Shown: positions 1 to 10,306, counted from the stretch's first letter. The stretch is DNA of 64,000 nt from Candidatus Liptonbacteria bacterium (GCA_016212635.1 JACRFR010000018.1:4080-68079), one strand, 5' to 3'. The notes: a model not told the origin generated them from the letters alone. Program-made: numbers and translations.

Positions 1-2
1 TT

Positions 3-3000
3 CTCCCCGGGAAAGATGACATCCGGGATGTCATGCGCTCGATTCAGGCGAAGGCGGAGCAGCTCAAGTGCGAAGGCAATGTCGAAGTTTTGTCTTGCCA
101 TGGGGAATCGACTCCCGAGGAGCAGGATCGTGTGCAGACACCACTCAAGCCCGGCACGCTGCGGTTTGTTTGCGGCACGGAAGTGCTTCGCTCGTCAGTG
201 ACGGTTCAAAATACCATTGGCATTATCGATTCGCTTCAGATCAAACGTCTGATAAGTGATGCAAAAGGCGTTGGCCACTTGGACAAGATTGCGGTTTCGA
301 AAGCCGAAGCCGATCAAGGAAAGGGACGCGCGGGCCGGACCCGCCCGGGATTCTATATGCCCGTGTCATTCGGATCGGAATATGAACGTCTGAACCCCTA
401 TCCGACTCCCGCTATATTACAGCAACCCATTACGAACGTAGTCCTTCAAGTTGCGGCCATTGACCGCTCGGCGCGGGATTTCGCATTCATTGATAAGCCA
501 CCGGCGGACAAACTTGAAACCGCGCTTACTCGCCTGAAGCGAATTGGTGCGCTGGACGCGGAAGAGAAAATAACCGAAGCCGGAGAAATGCTGGTGCAGT
601 TCCCGCTTGATCCGGAGCGGGCGAAGGTACTTCTCGTCGCGGAGAAACTCGGCGTGCTTTCCGAAGCGGTTATTGCGGCGGGAGTGCTCGAGGCAGAAAA
701 TGTTTTCTTCAGCCCAAACCGCGAACAGAAAACGTGCATGGTCGAAGAGACAGTGATGCGAAAAATTCTTTCGCATGTCGAAAAGGAGGAAAGGTATGGA
801 AGCGAATATTGGAAAAAGTTGTATGAACCACGCGATCCGGCAACTGTTGATATTGCCATCTTGCCAAAGTGGGCGAAGAAAAAAGGAGAGTATTGGGAAG
901 TCGACATTTCCGATTATGACTTTCCAATCGAAGATGGTGTCCGGGGAATTTCTAATGTGGTTCGCAAACAATGGGCAGGCAAAGATAAAAGCGACTTCGC
1001 AACCATTGTGCGGGCGTACCGTGCGTTTAAGGGCGAAGAGCGGCGGCTCCGCGATGCAGAACCTCCGCGCGAGCCTGGTCAGCAAAGAGAATCTCCCACA
1101 ACATGGAGGCGGAATATGCTTCAAGCGTGGTGCGAGCGCAATTTCATAAATCAGAAACGCATGCGCGAAGCCGAGCGAATCATGCATGAAATTCTTGATG
1201 AGCTTGATAACTCGCCGCTTCGTACGGAAAACCGCATTGCCTATAATCGCGACTTCAATGCCGAGTCATTAACCAAGGCGCTCGCTGCAGGACTTACGGA
1301 CAATGTCGCCCGAAAAAGCGGACGAGGTTTTACGGGCCCAATCGTCGAACGAGGACAGGATTTTCAGATCGGGCGGGAATCGGTGTGCCCAGATGGAAGC
1401 GAGCTTGTGATTGTGAGCGGCGTGCGTAAAATCCCGACACGGCGCCAAAGCTTCTTTTATCTCGCCGACCTCGCAGCGCCCATCAAGAAAGAATGGCTCA
1501 AGGAGGTCATGCCGCAACTTTGCACAAGCCGCCGAGAAGCAGATGCCGCGTACAGTCCCGACGCCGATGCAGTTCTTGAGACGGAAGCTTCGTTTTACGC
1601 CGATTTGGACCTTGGCCGCGAAAAAGTTCCCGCACCTTATACCGCCGAAAACGCACAGCGATTTGCCCGATGGCTCGCGGGATATAATGCAGCTCGGGAT
1701 ACAAAAAACGAGAAGCTTAAAGCTGTGCTTTTGGCCAACGATATGCAACAACAGCGTGCTACGAACCTGAACCTTCGTGTCGGAGAGGCGAAACTAAAAC
1801 AGTATTCAAACGAAGAAGTTTTTGCATTTTATTCTGAAAAATTGGCCGGTGCTTGGAAGCAGTCGGAGGTGGAAAACTCCGACGACTTACGCCTTCCGCC
1901 GCTCGAAGATGCTGAAGTCGAAAAGATACTTGCGCTTTACCCCGACAAGATATCCATTCTCGGGTCTGATGCTGAAGTTACGTACACTCAGCAGAGCAAA
2001 CGATCCGAAACTGGAGAATACGCGAATGTCATGGTTGCCCGAGTAAATCTCGGGGATCTTTCGGAGGGAAATAAATGGATGCAACTTCCGGAAGAAGGGG
2101 TAAAGCTGCCAAGCGGTTTCGTGGCAGAAATTCAGGTTTCTATAAAACGGGACGGATCCTATTGGAGCGAGAATTTCTCGAATACCGATATTGTCGCCTT
2201 GAAGGAAAAAATCACGGGGTACTTGAATCGTTCATTATGGGAGGAGTGGAAAGAACGTCCGGAAATTACAGCCCCTAATCCGGAAGATGATGATGCGGTT
2301 TTGCCCGCTATTACAACGGCTTCATATGGAACGTCTGTTGTGGATGGAACACCTCTAATGGCTTACGGCACGGTAGTCTTTAATTCCAATCGATACTATT
2401 CAACCGATCCTAGTTTCAAAACAGAATGGTTTTCGGTTCGTTTGGAGGCGGAAGAGTCCCACGCAAAAGCCGGAACGGAACTAGATAGCCTGAAAAAAGA
2501 GCGGCGCGATCAGAGAGAACTGAAAAGCGCGCAGGAAGCCGCGCAGCAATCCAAGGATCGGCTGAATAAGCTTTATGACCAGTACTACTACTCCGAAATA
2601 GATTCCGAGATGCGGAGTAAATTATACAACCGACGTTATGAATCGCTTCCATACCAAGCGTCGGAACTCAAGCAATGGAAAGCTGAGATCGACGCAACCA
2701 TCGCGGAGGTGGAAAGCGCGGTGGTCGAGGCGAATCGCAAAGGGGAGGAGGAAAACCAGCTACTTCTGAATTCTGCTCGTCCGATTGTCATGCCGGGAGA
2801 GACTACCAACGAGAACACCGTGTACGGGATGCCCTGCAACGAAGAAGGTCCCTGCGATGCGGATGTCGCCACCGAATGGCGGTTGTACTCTTACCAAGAC
2901 AGAAGATTACGGCCACACAAAGGATATCGTTCCAAATCATATGGCACCACCTTTGCGGAACTGATCCAAGATTATTTGCGCGACGATCCGAATTTGGATG

Positions 3001-4481
3001 CCGTACTGCGACAACTGACCCCGGAAGATTACCGGCGAGGCGAAAAGATCGGGGAAACATTGAAAGCGGTTCTGGACCAAGATTATGCCAGCTGCATAAT
3101 CTGCAAGGAATCTTGGCGCTGGGACGCGGAGGAGCTCAGTAATCCCCAGCGGGAGCCGCGCATTTCTTGTTCCTGTATGCACGAGGTGTCGAAATGGAGC
3201 CCGATTATCCAAGCGATCGAAAACGGCTTAGCGGGCGAAACCGTGGAGGTGGACGGGCGCACCGGCTCGGTCCTGCGGCGAACCACAGTGGACGGGAAGA
3301 CAGCCGTGGAAACCGCCGTGTATTTTAAGTACGGACACTGGAACTTGGCAGTGATCGTTAACCGCAGCGCGTTGGCCCACCCGGGAGTCCCGGAAACGCA
3401 AGACGTCTGGCACCAGCCGACCTCCGCGGAGATAGAGCTGGCCCATACCGAACGAGAAAAGGATGCTGTTTTGAGCAGGCTCCAGAGTGAATTGTCGAAC
3501 TACGAGTACGATCTGGAATCCGCTAACCGTTCTGCGGAAGAAGGATCAGTCCACAAAATTCAGTTTCGAAGAGGCAAGAACCCGAAAACCAACAAAGAGC
3601 AGTGGGAGGCCGATGTGAAAACGGCGGATGGTATAAGCTTGAAACTCATTTTGGACAGCAAGGATAAGACCGTCCCCAAGGACGGAGTAAATTATTTCTG
3701 TCGCGAATATCGCCGCCTTGTAGATAATCCCAAATTCAAGTTAATAATAGTTACTCCGTATTTGGAAGAGGGACGTAACATACAGGCAGAAATTGAAGAG
3801 ACGACCACAAAATTCGACTCGCAGATTGCCATGGCTAGGGTGCGGGTGGAAGAGGAGAAGAAACAAGCAACAGAAGCGAAGGCGGAAGCCGCAACCCCAG
3901 ATCTTGCAACTAAACTTCAGTCGGCCTTGGGATCACGGGTCGAACCAAAAAGGAATGGTACCGTTACCGGTCCTCCGCCTCTCCCGCCGAAAGAATCTTT
4001 CGAAAAAGCAAAATCAGTACCCGAGCCGGAGGTTATGACACCGGAACTCCAGAGAGAATTTATGGAGATGCTGGATGTTGCTGATGTATTGGTTAAAAGA
4101 ATGGTGGCAGAGGGACTCAAATTAAATGACCAACAGCGCGATTTGTTGCGAAGCACGCGCAAAGGACTGGAAGATCTGGTCGGCCGACCTGCGAGCATTC
4201 GTGGCCACATACGGACGGTTCTCGCGGCTATTGAATCGCAATACAAAAAGAAAGGCGTGGAAGCGGGATGGACAAAGAGAGTTTTGGAACTCTGGAATGC
4301 CGTGAATCAGGTAATTGCAGATAATCCCGACGCGCAAGAATATGTCCGTGAGGGTGTTGTAACCCAGGGGGCTCTCGCAGAAGAAGTGCGCAAGAAAATT
4401 CTTGCATCAACCCCGCTCATCCAGAGCGGAAGGGAAATAGATGTAAGCAATCTGCTTTTGGAGCAGATGCAGGAGTTATAA
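3..4481 (+). CDS. HrpA-like DEAH-box helicase (5'-truncated by window) with very long C-terminal extension
   Basis: Frame open from base 3 (LPGKDDIRDVM...). Motif V-like GTEVLRSSVTV, motif VI-like SKAEADQGKGRAGR, HA2-like ALTRLKRIGALD...FPLDPERAKVLL, then ~900 aa with no recognised family. Confidence 0.75.
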   Translation, partial: LPGKDDIRDVMRSIQAKAEQLKCEGNVEVLSCHGESTPEEQDRVQTPLKPGTLRFVCGTEVLRSSVTVQNTIGIIDSLQIKRLISDAKGVGHLDKIAVSKAEADQGKGRAGRTRPGFYMPVSFGSEYERLNPYPTPAILQQPITNVVLQVAAIDRSARDFAFIDKPPADKLETALTRLKRIGALDAEEKITEAGEMLVQFPLDPERAKVLLVAEKLGVLSEAVIAAGVLEAENVFFSPNREQKTCMVEETVMRKILSHVEKEERYGSEYWKKLYEPRDPATVDIAILPKWAKKKGEYWEVDISDYDFPIEDGVRGISNVVRKQWAGKDKSDFATIVRAYRAFKGEERRLRDAEPPREPGQQRESPTTWRRNMLQAWCERNFINQKRMREAERIMHEILDELDNSPLRTENRIAYNRDFNAESLTKALAAGLTDNVARKSGRGFTGPIVERGQDFQIGRESVCPDGSELVIVSGVRKIPTRRQSFFYLADLAAPIKKEWLKEVMPQLCTSRREADAAYSPDADAVLETEASFYADLDLGREKVPAPYTAENAQRFARWLAGYNAARDTKNEKLKAVLLANDMQQQRATNLNLRVGEAKLKQYSNEEVFAFYSEKLAGAWKQSEVENSDDLRLPPLEDAEVEKILALYPDKISILGSDAEVTYTQQSKRSETGEYANVMVARVNLGDLSEGNKWMQLPEEGVKLPSGFVAEIQVSIKRDGSYWSENFSNTDIVALKEKITGYLNRSLWEEWKERPEITAPNPEDDDAVLPAITTASYGTSVVDGTPLMAYGTVVFNSNRYYSTDPSFKTEWFSVRLEAEESHAKAGTELDSLKKERRDQRELKSAQEAAQQSKDRLNKLYDQYYYSEIDSEMRSKLYNRRYESLPYQASELKQWKAEIDATIAEVESAVVEANRKGEEENQLLLNSARPIVMPGETTNENTVYGMPCNEEGPCDADVATEWRLYSYQDRRLRPHKGYRSKSYGTTFAELIQDYLRDDPNLDAVLRQLTPEDYRRGEKIGETLKAVLDQDYASCIICKESWRWDAEELSNPQREPRISCSCMHEVSKWSPIIQAIENGLAGETVEVDGRTGSVLRRTTVDGKTAVETAVYFKYGHWNLAVIVNRSALAHPGVPETQDVWHQPTSAEIELAHTEREKDAVLSRLQSELSNYEYDLESANRSAEEGSVHKIQFRRGKNPKTNKEQWEADVKTADGISLKLILDSKDKTVPKDGVNYFCREYRRLVDNPKFKLIIVTPYLEEGRNIQAEIEETTTKFDSQIAMARVRVEEEKKQATEAKAEAATPDLATKLQSALGSRVEPKRNGTVTGPPPLPPKESFEKAKSVPEPEVMTPELQREFMEMLDVADVLVKRMVAEGLKLNDQQRDLLRSTRKGLEDLVGRPASIRGHIRTVLAAIESQYKKKGVEAGWTKRVLELWNAVNQVIADNPDAQEYVREGVVTQGALAEEVRKKILASTPLIQSGREIDVSNLLLEQMQEL

Positions 4482-4597
4482 TTTGTTTTATTTATTGGGC
4501 GTCTTGCCTTCTCCGGCTTTTAGTCGCCTTGTGGCTGTTCTCGGTTATCAACTACCCCGCCTGGACTCTCAAGAGGGTTGGCGTCATCCCTTGTGGT

Positions 4598-5926
4598 ATG
4601 CCAAACCAAACACAAGCGCCAGTTGGGGCTATGGCCAAAGAAATTCAAGCCCCCACAAAGGTCAGATACGTACTTTACGCAAGAAAAAGCATGGAATCGG
4701 AGGAGTAACAAATTTTGAGCATCGACAGCCAAATCAAAGAGATGCTCGCCATGGCGGAACGCGACCACCTTGAGATTGTGGAAATCAAAAAAGAGTCGCA
4801 CTCCGCCAAGGAGGCCGGACAGCGGCCGGTGTTCAATGAGATTGTAGAGGAAATAAAAAGTGGCAAGTTCAACGGCATCCTCACCTGGGCCGCTGATCGC
4901 ATCTCACGAAATGCTGGGGATCTCGGAAGGATTGTAGACCTCATGGATAGCGGGAAGCTCATCGAGATACGCGCCTACGGGCAGAAATTCACGAATAGTC
5001 CGAACGAGAAGTTTCTCCTCATGATCTTAGGCAGCCAGGCAAAGCTCGAGAACGACAACAAAGTAGTGAACGTGAAGCGAGGACTTAGAGCCAGATGCGA
5101 GATGGGATTATGGCCCTGCACCGCACCCACGGGATACCTAAACAGCACGAGTAAGGAGAAAAGCTGCGTGGTGGAGATTGATTCACACCGGGCATCCGTG
5201 GTTAAAAAGATGTTTGAAAAGGTGGCTTATGAAAATATGAGTGGCCGGCGTTTGCACGCATGGCTCAAGGATGAAGCTAAGTTCAGGGTAAGGAGTGGAA
5301 AGCCACTCACGATCGGTAATATCTACATCACCCTGCGGAATCCATTTTACTACGGATCATTTGAATATCCGAAAGGCGGAGGTCAGTGGTATACCGGCAA
5401 ACACACACCAATTATCACCAAGGAGCTTTTCGACATGGTGCAGGAAAAAATGGCGAACTATGCGGTACGGGGAGGAACAAAAGAATTCGCCTTCACGAAA
5501 CTCATGACCTGCGGATTATGCGGATCTGGTATCACGGCCGATGAAAAATTCAAGAAACAACAGAACGGCAACGTGCATCGGTATGTCTACTACGGCTGCT
5601 GCCGGTTCCAGGATAAGAATTGCAAATCAGGATACATGCGAGAGGAGGATTTGATCGAACAACTTGCAAACCTAATGGATGAAATCCATCTCGACGAGAT
5701 TGGTATGAAAGAACGAATCAAAACCGAAATCGAGCGGCACAAGAAATTCCAATCAGGACTACTTGGCATCAAAGAGAAAGCGGTCAAAGCCGGAGACATC
5801 GACGTGCGCAACTACGCCAAATACATCCTACGGGACGGAACAATGCTCGAAAAACGAGAGCTGCTATCCTGCCTGCGAAGTAAGATCACGATGGCGAAGA
5901 AAGAAGTGAAAATCGCGACTGCCTAA
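4598..5926 (+). pseudogene. Large serine recombinase with in-frame TAA at 4706-4708
   Basis: ATG at 4598 reads ...VRYVLYARKSMESEE*QILSIDSQIKEM in frame with ORF 4715-5926. Contains DRISRN, recombinase domain and zinc ribbon (CGLCG...YYGC). Confidence 0.8.
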
Positions 5927-5937
5927 ATAAAGCTGGG

Positions 5938-6492
5938 CTAGATGATTGACGGAGCAACTCGACTTGATTGAAAAGTCCAACCTCGCTCTGTAACTAATTC
6001 CCATAAGTTAAGACATTTAACGCCAAATAACGGATCATCGCAAACATTTGGCAGCTTATAGTTCTCAGGATCAGTGCTACCACTGTGAGTTTCTTCAGAA
6101 ATGATTTTAAGTTTGTGTAGTTTGGCCTGAGCAATAAGCCATGGATCCGCATAGACATCACTAGCTTTGTTTTTATTATTAACAAAAACTTTATACGTCA
6201 CGGACATGCTCCTGATAATCTTTCCCTCTATATCCTCATCGTGATTCTTGAAAATATGCTCATTGGCATGAGCCCAATTGTAGAGTTCCTCGCCCTTCTT
6301 CCCGTCTTTCTTTATTTCCGCCAATACCTCAGCGTGGGAGATGATCACTCCTTCGGCCATCAGTTCTTTGATCCTTTCCCAGAGGCCAGGATTAACACTC
6401 TTTGATATCCACGGCGTTTCGCTGAAAATTGACATCAAGGAGCAACTATCAATGGTATATTCTGCGGGTTTAGAAAAGAGATCACCTGGCAT
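5938..6492 (-). CDS. DUF4411-like PIN-fold protein
   Basis: N-terminal YTIDSCSL, ADPWLIAQA, IISEE, KLPNVC; overlaps the upstream ImmA-like gene. Confidence 0.75.
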   Translation of the reverse strand: MPGDLFSKPAEYTIDSCSLMSIFSETPWISKSVNPGLWERIKELMAEGVIISHAEVLAEIKKDGKKGEELYNWAHANEHIFKNHDEDIEGKIIRSMSVTYKVFVNNKNKASDVYADPWLIAQAKLHKLKIISEETHSGSTDPENYKLPNVCDDPLFGVKCLNLWELVTERGWTFQSSRVAPSII

Positions 6493-7675
6493 GAGAGTGT
6501 ATTAGTTTTTCCAACCCAGGCAAATGCTTCATCTTCAATCCAAGGTAATCTGAGATTCCCGAATACGGTATTTTTTTCTGCTTGTAAGCCTCAAAAACAA
6601 GAGAGCTAAAACCCACGCCATTTTTTGACAAGATAGTCTTCAGGGAAAATCTCCCACCCTTCTTCCCATTCGGCCGGGGTTCACCATCCCATTTTTTTGT
6701 TTTGGCTTCGTAAATTGCCGAAGTAACATAATTGAATGTTAGCAACCTCCTCAAAATTACCACTCGGCTCACTTTGAAATCAAAAGCTATCCGCTCAATT
6801 TTAGAATCGAGGTCCTCGGGGGATATTTTTGTCTTATCTTTCAAAGTTCTATGCTTTAAGAATTCCGCCTCCGGTACCAAGAAGCTGGCGGCGAACTGGT
6901 TGCAAAAAACCTCAAGCTTATTTATCCCATTCTTGTGACCGCTGAAAGATTTGAAGTTGTTGCAAATACCGGCTTCACGTAGAAGAACGTGCGCAAATTC
7001 ATGCGCCAAAGAAAAGTTCTTTGCTCCTTCAGTATCCTTATTGTTCACAAAAACCAGATATGGCTGTTGGTCAGCGAAAGAGAAAGCACGACAATCTGTT
7101 ATTGGAAAACTATCGTGAAGACCGCTTTTTAGGGTTATCACGCCCGCACTTTCGATTTTGTTCCGTAGGTACTCGAAGAAATCCTCGTACTTCTTGAAAC
7201 CAAATTGCTCATTTGCCGAAATCAAAAGGTCAGCTCTTATGTTTTCCGCTAATTCTGAAGCGTTCTCATCTAAGGAATGCCGTGCATATTTAAAAAAAGG
7301 TCTTTCGCCGAGTTCTTCATGGAGATCTGCGGATACCTCTTGAACTCTTCTCGCTTTTCTAATAGCCAAGAGTGCCGCCGGAGATAAGAGCTTATTATCT
7401 TCCGAGTTGATAGTTCTGAGATCTGGCGGATCCTTTTTTTCTTTCGGTGGACCATCGAGAAAGAATACGGCCAGGGGTCGTTTATATATTTCCGCGAGTT
7501 TTCTTACCTGTGCGAAGGTCGGCTGAGCAATTCCATTTTCCCACTCCTTAATGAGATCGGGGGTGACTTCTTTCCATGATTCAACCCAATTGGCCAGCAA
7601 AATTTCCATTTTTGGGCCAAATCTTTTTTCACGTGCCCATTTCAATACTACAGGTTCAAATCTCAAATCTGCCAT
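6482..7675 (-). CDS. XRE-type HTH + ImmA/IrrE metallopeptidase
   Basis: N-terminal WENGIAQPTFAQVRKLAEIYKRPLAVFF; FSLAHEFAH (HExxH); EVFCNQFAASFLVP. Confidence 0.85.
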   Translation of the reverse strand: MADLRFEPVVLKWAREKRFGPKMEILLANWVESWKEVTPDLIKEWENGIAQPTFAQVRKLAEIYKRPLAVFFLDGPPKEKKDPPDLRTINSEDNKLLSPAALLAIRKARRVQEVSADLHEELGERPFFKYARHSLDENASELAENIRADLLISANEQFGFKKYEDFFEYLRNKIESAGVITLKSGLHDSFPITDCRAFSFADQQPYLVFVNNKDTEGAKNFSLAHEFAHVLLREAGICNNFKSFSGHKNGINKLEVFCNQFAASFLVPEAEFLKHRTLKDKTKISPEDLDSKIERIAFDFKVSRVVILRRLLTFNYVTSAIYEAKTKKWDGEPRPNGKKGGRFSLKTILSKNGVGFSSLVFEAYKQKKIPYSGISDYLGLKMKHLPGLEKLIHSHAR

Positions 7676-7837
7676 AACTAAATTATAGCAATAAACAGCC
7701 CCGAAAAAACATCTGGTAAAAACTTATAACCGCCTTTCAAAGAGGTAATCTAGACAGCTTCTTAGCGGTTATTTACTCTTTCGTACTCGTTCTATTCGTC
7801 TTGACTGGTTAGAAGAAAGTCGGCATTTAAGCCTCAT

Positions 7838-7878
7838 GGTCGGTCTCACTGCGTTGTGCCCTCGAGAGGAATCGAACC
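7838..7878 (-). repeat. att-like duplicate of the tRNA-Arg 3' end plus downstream 16 nt
   Basis: 37/41 identical to 9085-9125 (ggtcggtctcactgcgt...ggaatcgaacc). Confidence 0.85.
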
Positions 7879-7956
7879 CAGTAAAACTCTCCCCTAGATG
7901 ACGGCGAATTGCCACGGGGCAGACACGTATTGTTGGTTACAGTACTGAAGTTTTAT

Positions 7957-9051
7957 TTAAAGAGTTGCAAACAACCCCAACTCTATACCGATGTCGTATG
8001 CCTCATCCACAGAACACGTCATGATTTTTCTATAGCTTTTCCGGCCAAACCTTTTTTCGACAGCTCTGGCCAGGGGCAATATTTTGCCATCAATCCTTGC
8101 CTGCTCTGCGAGATTTTGGAACTCCGGGATTTCTGCTCTTAGGCGTGAGACAAGAAGGAAAGCGGCGGCAGATTGGGAGCCAAAACTTACAGTACTACCG
8201 TCAAAATTAAATATCCTCCGAGATTCTTCCGGGAAGTTGTCTAGCCGCGGATCTTTTTCGGCCACATAGTTCAGTAACTTAGCGTACAAAGCTTTTCCTT
8301 TGGGAAATTGTGTTTGGAGTAAGTTGTCTGCGTCTTCTTCTGCGAGCATGGCTAGACCCTCTTCGACCGCCGGAGTTTGTAGACCTGCCTCGCATCTAAT
8401 ATATCCCAAACCTCTCCGCTCCAAAGGCTTTACGCTATCGAAAACATGTTCATTTTCTCCAGTCGCCTTGTTTCGCACGGTGCGAAACAGAAGAGAAAAC
8501 GGTGCGGCATCGTGGTATAGCTCATGTAGAACTTGGCGGGCCTCAATATATTCTCTTACTGCTTTTGCGGCACCCGGCCTAGTCATTCCGCCTAAACTTT
8601 TTTCATCTGTCATGGCAATTGGGTGAAAATGATCATCATCCCTTATTCTTTGATCGAGAGAACTGGGCACAAGTTTTTCTTTTGTTAAATTATGTAGGAC
8701 GATATATCCGAAGCTAGTGCCCGCCCGGAGGGCAGTTATGTTCCCCTCCTCCATAGAAGATGGGTTCCGCAATTTAAAGATGCGTTCTTGTTCTGTCCAT
8801 CGTATTGGACTCAACACACCAAATTTACAAAATCGCTTCTCGTGCCACCGTCTAGCCCGGGAACTGAAATTTCGCATCTCGACCGACAGTTCAATAGTTC
8901 CTTCTTTGGCCGTTCGTGCTACTTCGTTCATTGTCACTTTAACACCCATTCTAGTTCTGGAGATTCTTTGCCTCTCTTTCTTGTCTAGTAAGTCTGCAGA
9001 CCGTTCCTTGTTGAGAATAAAGTTTTCTCCTGGCCTGGTAAAGTTTCTCAT
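7957..9051 (-). CDS. Hypothetical protein with HExxH...EEG zinc-peptidase-like motif
   Basis: 364-aa ORF; QVLHELYHD and downstream AVEEGLA. Confidence 0.6.
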   Translation of the reverse strand: MRNFTRPGENFILNKERSADLLDKKERQRISRTRMGVKVTMNEVARTAKEGTIELSVEMRNFSSRARRWHEKRFCKFGVLSPIRWTEQERIFKLRNPSSMEEGNITALRAGTSFGYIVLHNLTKEKLVPSSLDQRIRDDDHFHPIAMTDEKSLGGMTRPGAAKAVREYIEARQVLHELYHDAAPFSLLFRTVRNKATGENEHVFDSVKPLERRGLGYIRCEAGLQTPAVEEGLAMLAEEDADNLLQTQFPKGKALYAKLLNYVAEKDPRLDNFPEESRRIFNFDGSTVSFGSQSAAAFLLVSRLRAEIPEFQNLAEQARIDGKILPLARAVEKRFGRKSYRKIMTCSVDEAYDIGIELGLFATL

Positions 9052-9100
9052 AATAATTGCTGCATGCTTGTATTATTGCGCCTCGGTCGGTCTCACTGCG

Positions 9101-9175
9101 TGGTGCCCCCGGCAGGAATCGAACCTGCATCACCTCCTTCGGAGGGAGATATCCTATCCGTTGAACGACGAGGGC
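9101..9175 (-). tRNA. tRNA-Arg (anticodon CCG)
   Basis: Reverse complement GCCCTCG...TCTCC-CTCCGAA-GGAGG...GCAGG-TTCGATT-CCTGC-CGGGGGC-ACCA folds as a cloverleaf with encoded CCA. Confidence 0.95.
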
Positions 9176-9223
9176 GGAAGATGATCATTGATTATTAATC
9201 ATTGATTATTAAGCGGCACGCTC

Positions 9224-10306
9224 TCACCCTAGCATGAAAAAGTAAAGTTCGCAAACTGCGGCTGCGGCGAAGGCGGCGGCGGCCAGGGTTAGCAGCCACG
9301 ACTTAAAGCCGCTGGGCCGCAGGACCGAGCGCACAACCAGAGCCAGTAAGACGTACTGGATGGCCAGGAACAGGCCGCCGACAAAACCGATGGTTCGGAT
9401 CACGTCCGCGGACCGGAATGCGATCGCGAGGAGAAGCGGCAGGAGCGCCACCGCGAGATCGGTCGCGAACTCCGGAATGCGCGCGCCCTCCCGCAGGGAA
9501 CGGAGCACTTCGCGGCCGACCGGCACATAAGAGGTCCAGATCGCCGTCAAGCCGCAAAACGCGATGGTCCGAACCAGCGAACTCGACTCGCTGCCGAAAC
9601 CCAGGATGGCGGCGGCAAAGATCGCATAGACTACGGCCACCACCGCGGCCGAGACGGCAAACATCCCCGGGGCGCCAAATGATGTTCTGGCATACTTCCG
9701 GCGCAGAACCGCCACCGGCTCCACCGCTGTCCAGCCGGTTAGGGCGAACAGGATGGCGCCGAACGGCAAAAAGGCCGCCGCGAGATTCACGCGCGGCTCG
9801 CCCCGAAAGGTCAGATCGGGCGCGAGCACCGCGAGGAGCAGCACGATGCCAACCAAAAGGAGGGTGCCCACGGCCTCGGCCCGGGCGAAGCGCCGGATCC
9901 CGATAAAAAGCGGTAGGGTGGAAACCACCCAAAGCAGCAGGAGCGCCGGCCAACCTAAGAGTCCCGGCAATAAAGTCTCCACGAAAGCGGAGCCGAGTTG
10001 CAAGTAAATGAAAAGGGTCAGGAGGTTGCCGCAGATGATCGCCAGAAGTCCGGCGGTTCCGGCCAGGGGTCCGAGTCGAGATCGGACCAGCTCCAGGAGG
10101 CCCATCTTGTTGCCGGTTCGCACGAGCGCCTGGTAGTAGGCGGCGTGAAGCGCGGCTAGCGCGATCGAGAGCCCGACTAACCACGCTAAGGCAATGAGCC
10201 AGCCGGACTGGTGGAAGGTAACCGGCAGGGCAAAAATACCGGCGCCGATGGTCGTGCCGCCGACGATACTGATCGACCACCAGAACAGTTTACGGGAGTC
10301 GGACAT
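9224..10306 (-). CDS. Aromatic amino acid permease family transporter
   Basis: GTTIGAGIFALP motif, PFGAILFA, about 10 hydrophobic segments. Confidence 0.8.
   Translation of the reverse strand: MSDSRKLFWWSISIVGGTTIGAGIFALPVTFHQSGWLIALAWLVGLSIALAALHAAYYQALVRTGNKMGLLELVRSRLGPLAGTAGLLAIICGNLLTLFIYLQLGSAFVETLLPGLLGWPALLLLWVVSTLPLFIGIRRFARAEAVGTLLLVGIVLLLAVLAPDLTFRGEPRVNLAAAFLPFGAILFALTGWTAVEPVAVLRRKYARTSFGAPGMFAVSAAVVAVVYAIFAAAILGFGSESSSLVRTIAFCGLTAIWTSYVPVGREVLRSLREGARIPEFATDLAVALLPLLLAIAFRSADVIRTIGFVGGLFLAIQYVLLALVVRSVLRPSGFKSWLLTLAAAAFAAAAVCELYFFMLG

Larger units (their letters stand above)
1..9125. mobile_element. Putative genomic island integrated at the 3' end of tRNA-Arg(CCG); left boundary outside window
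   Basis: Serine recombinase, TA-like pair and duplicated tRNA 3' end. Visibly more AT-rich than the GC-rich genes after 9.2 kb. Confidence 0.6.

Noticed and set aside
4706-4708. Alternative genetic code explaining in-frame stops
   Set aside because: TAA, TAG and TGA all end conserved genes normally here (e.g. rpmH TAA, ruvA TAG, dnaA TGA), so standard code 11 applies.
7838-7878. Second tRNA gene
   Set aside because: Only the T-loop and acceptor 3' strand are present; no D or anticodon arm, and CCA is changed to CAA.
9303-10280. Long alternative-frame and antisense ORFs (also 18905-19621, 47801-48976, 49696-50334)
   Set aside because: Shadow ORFs of GC-rich genes with low-complexity R/P/A/G translations.
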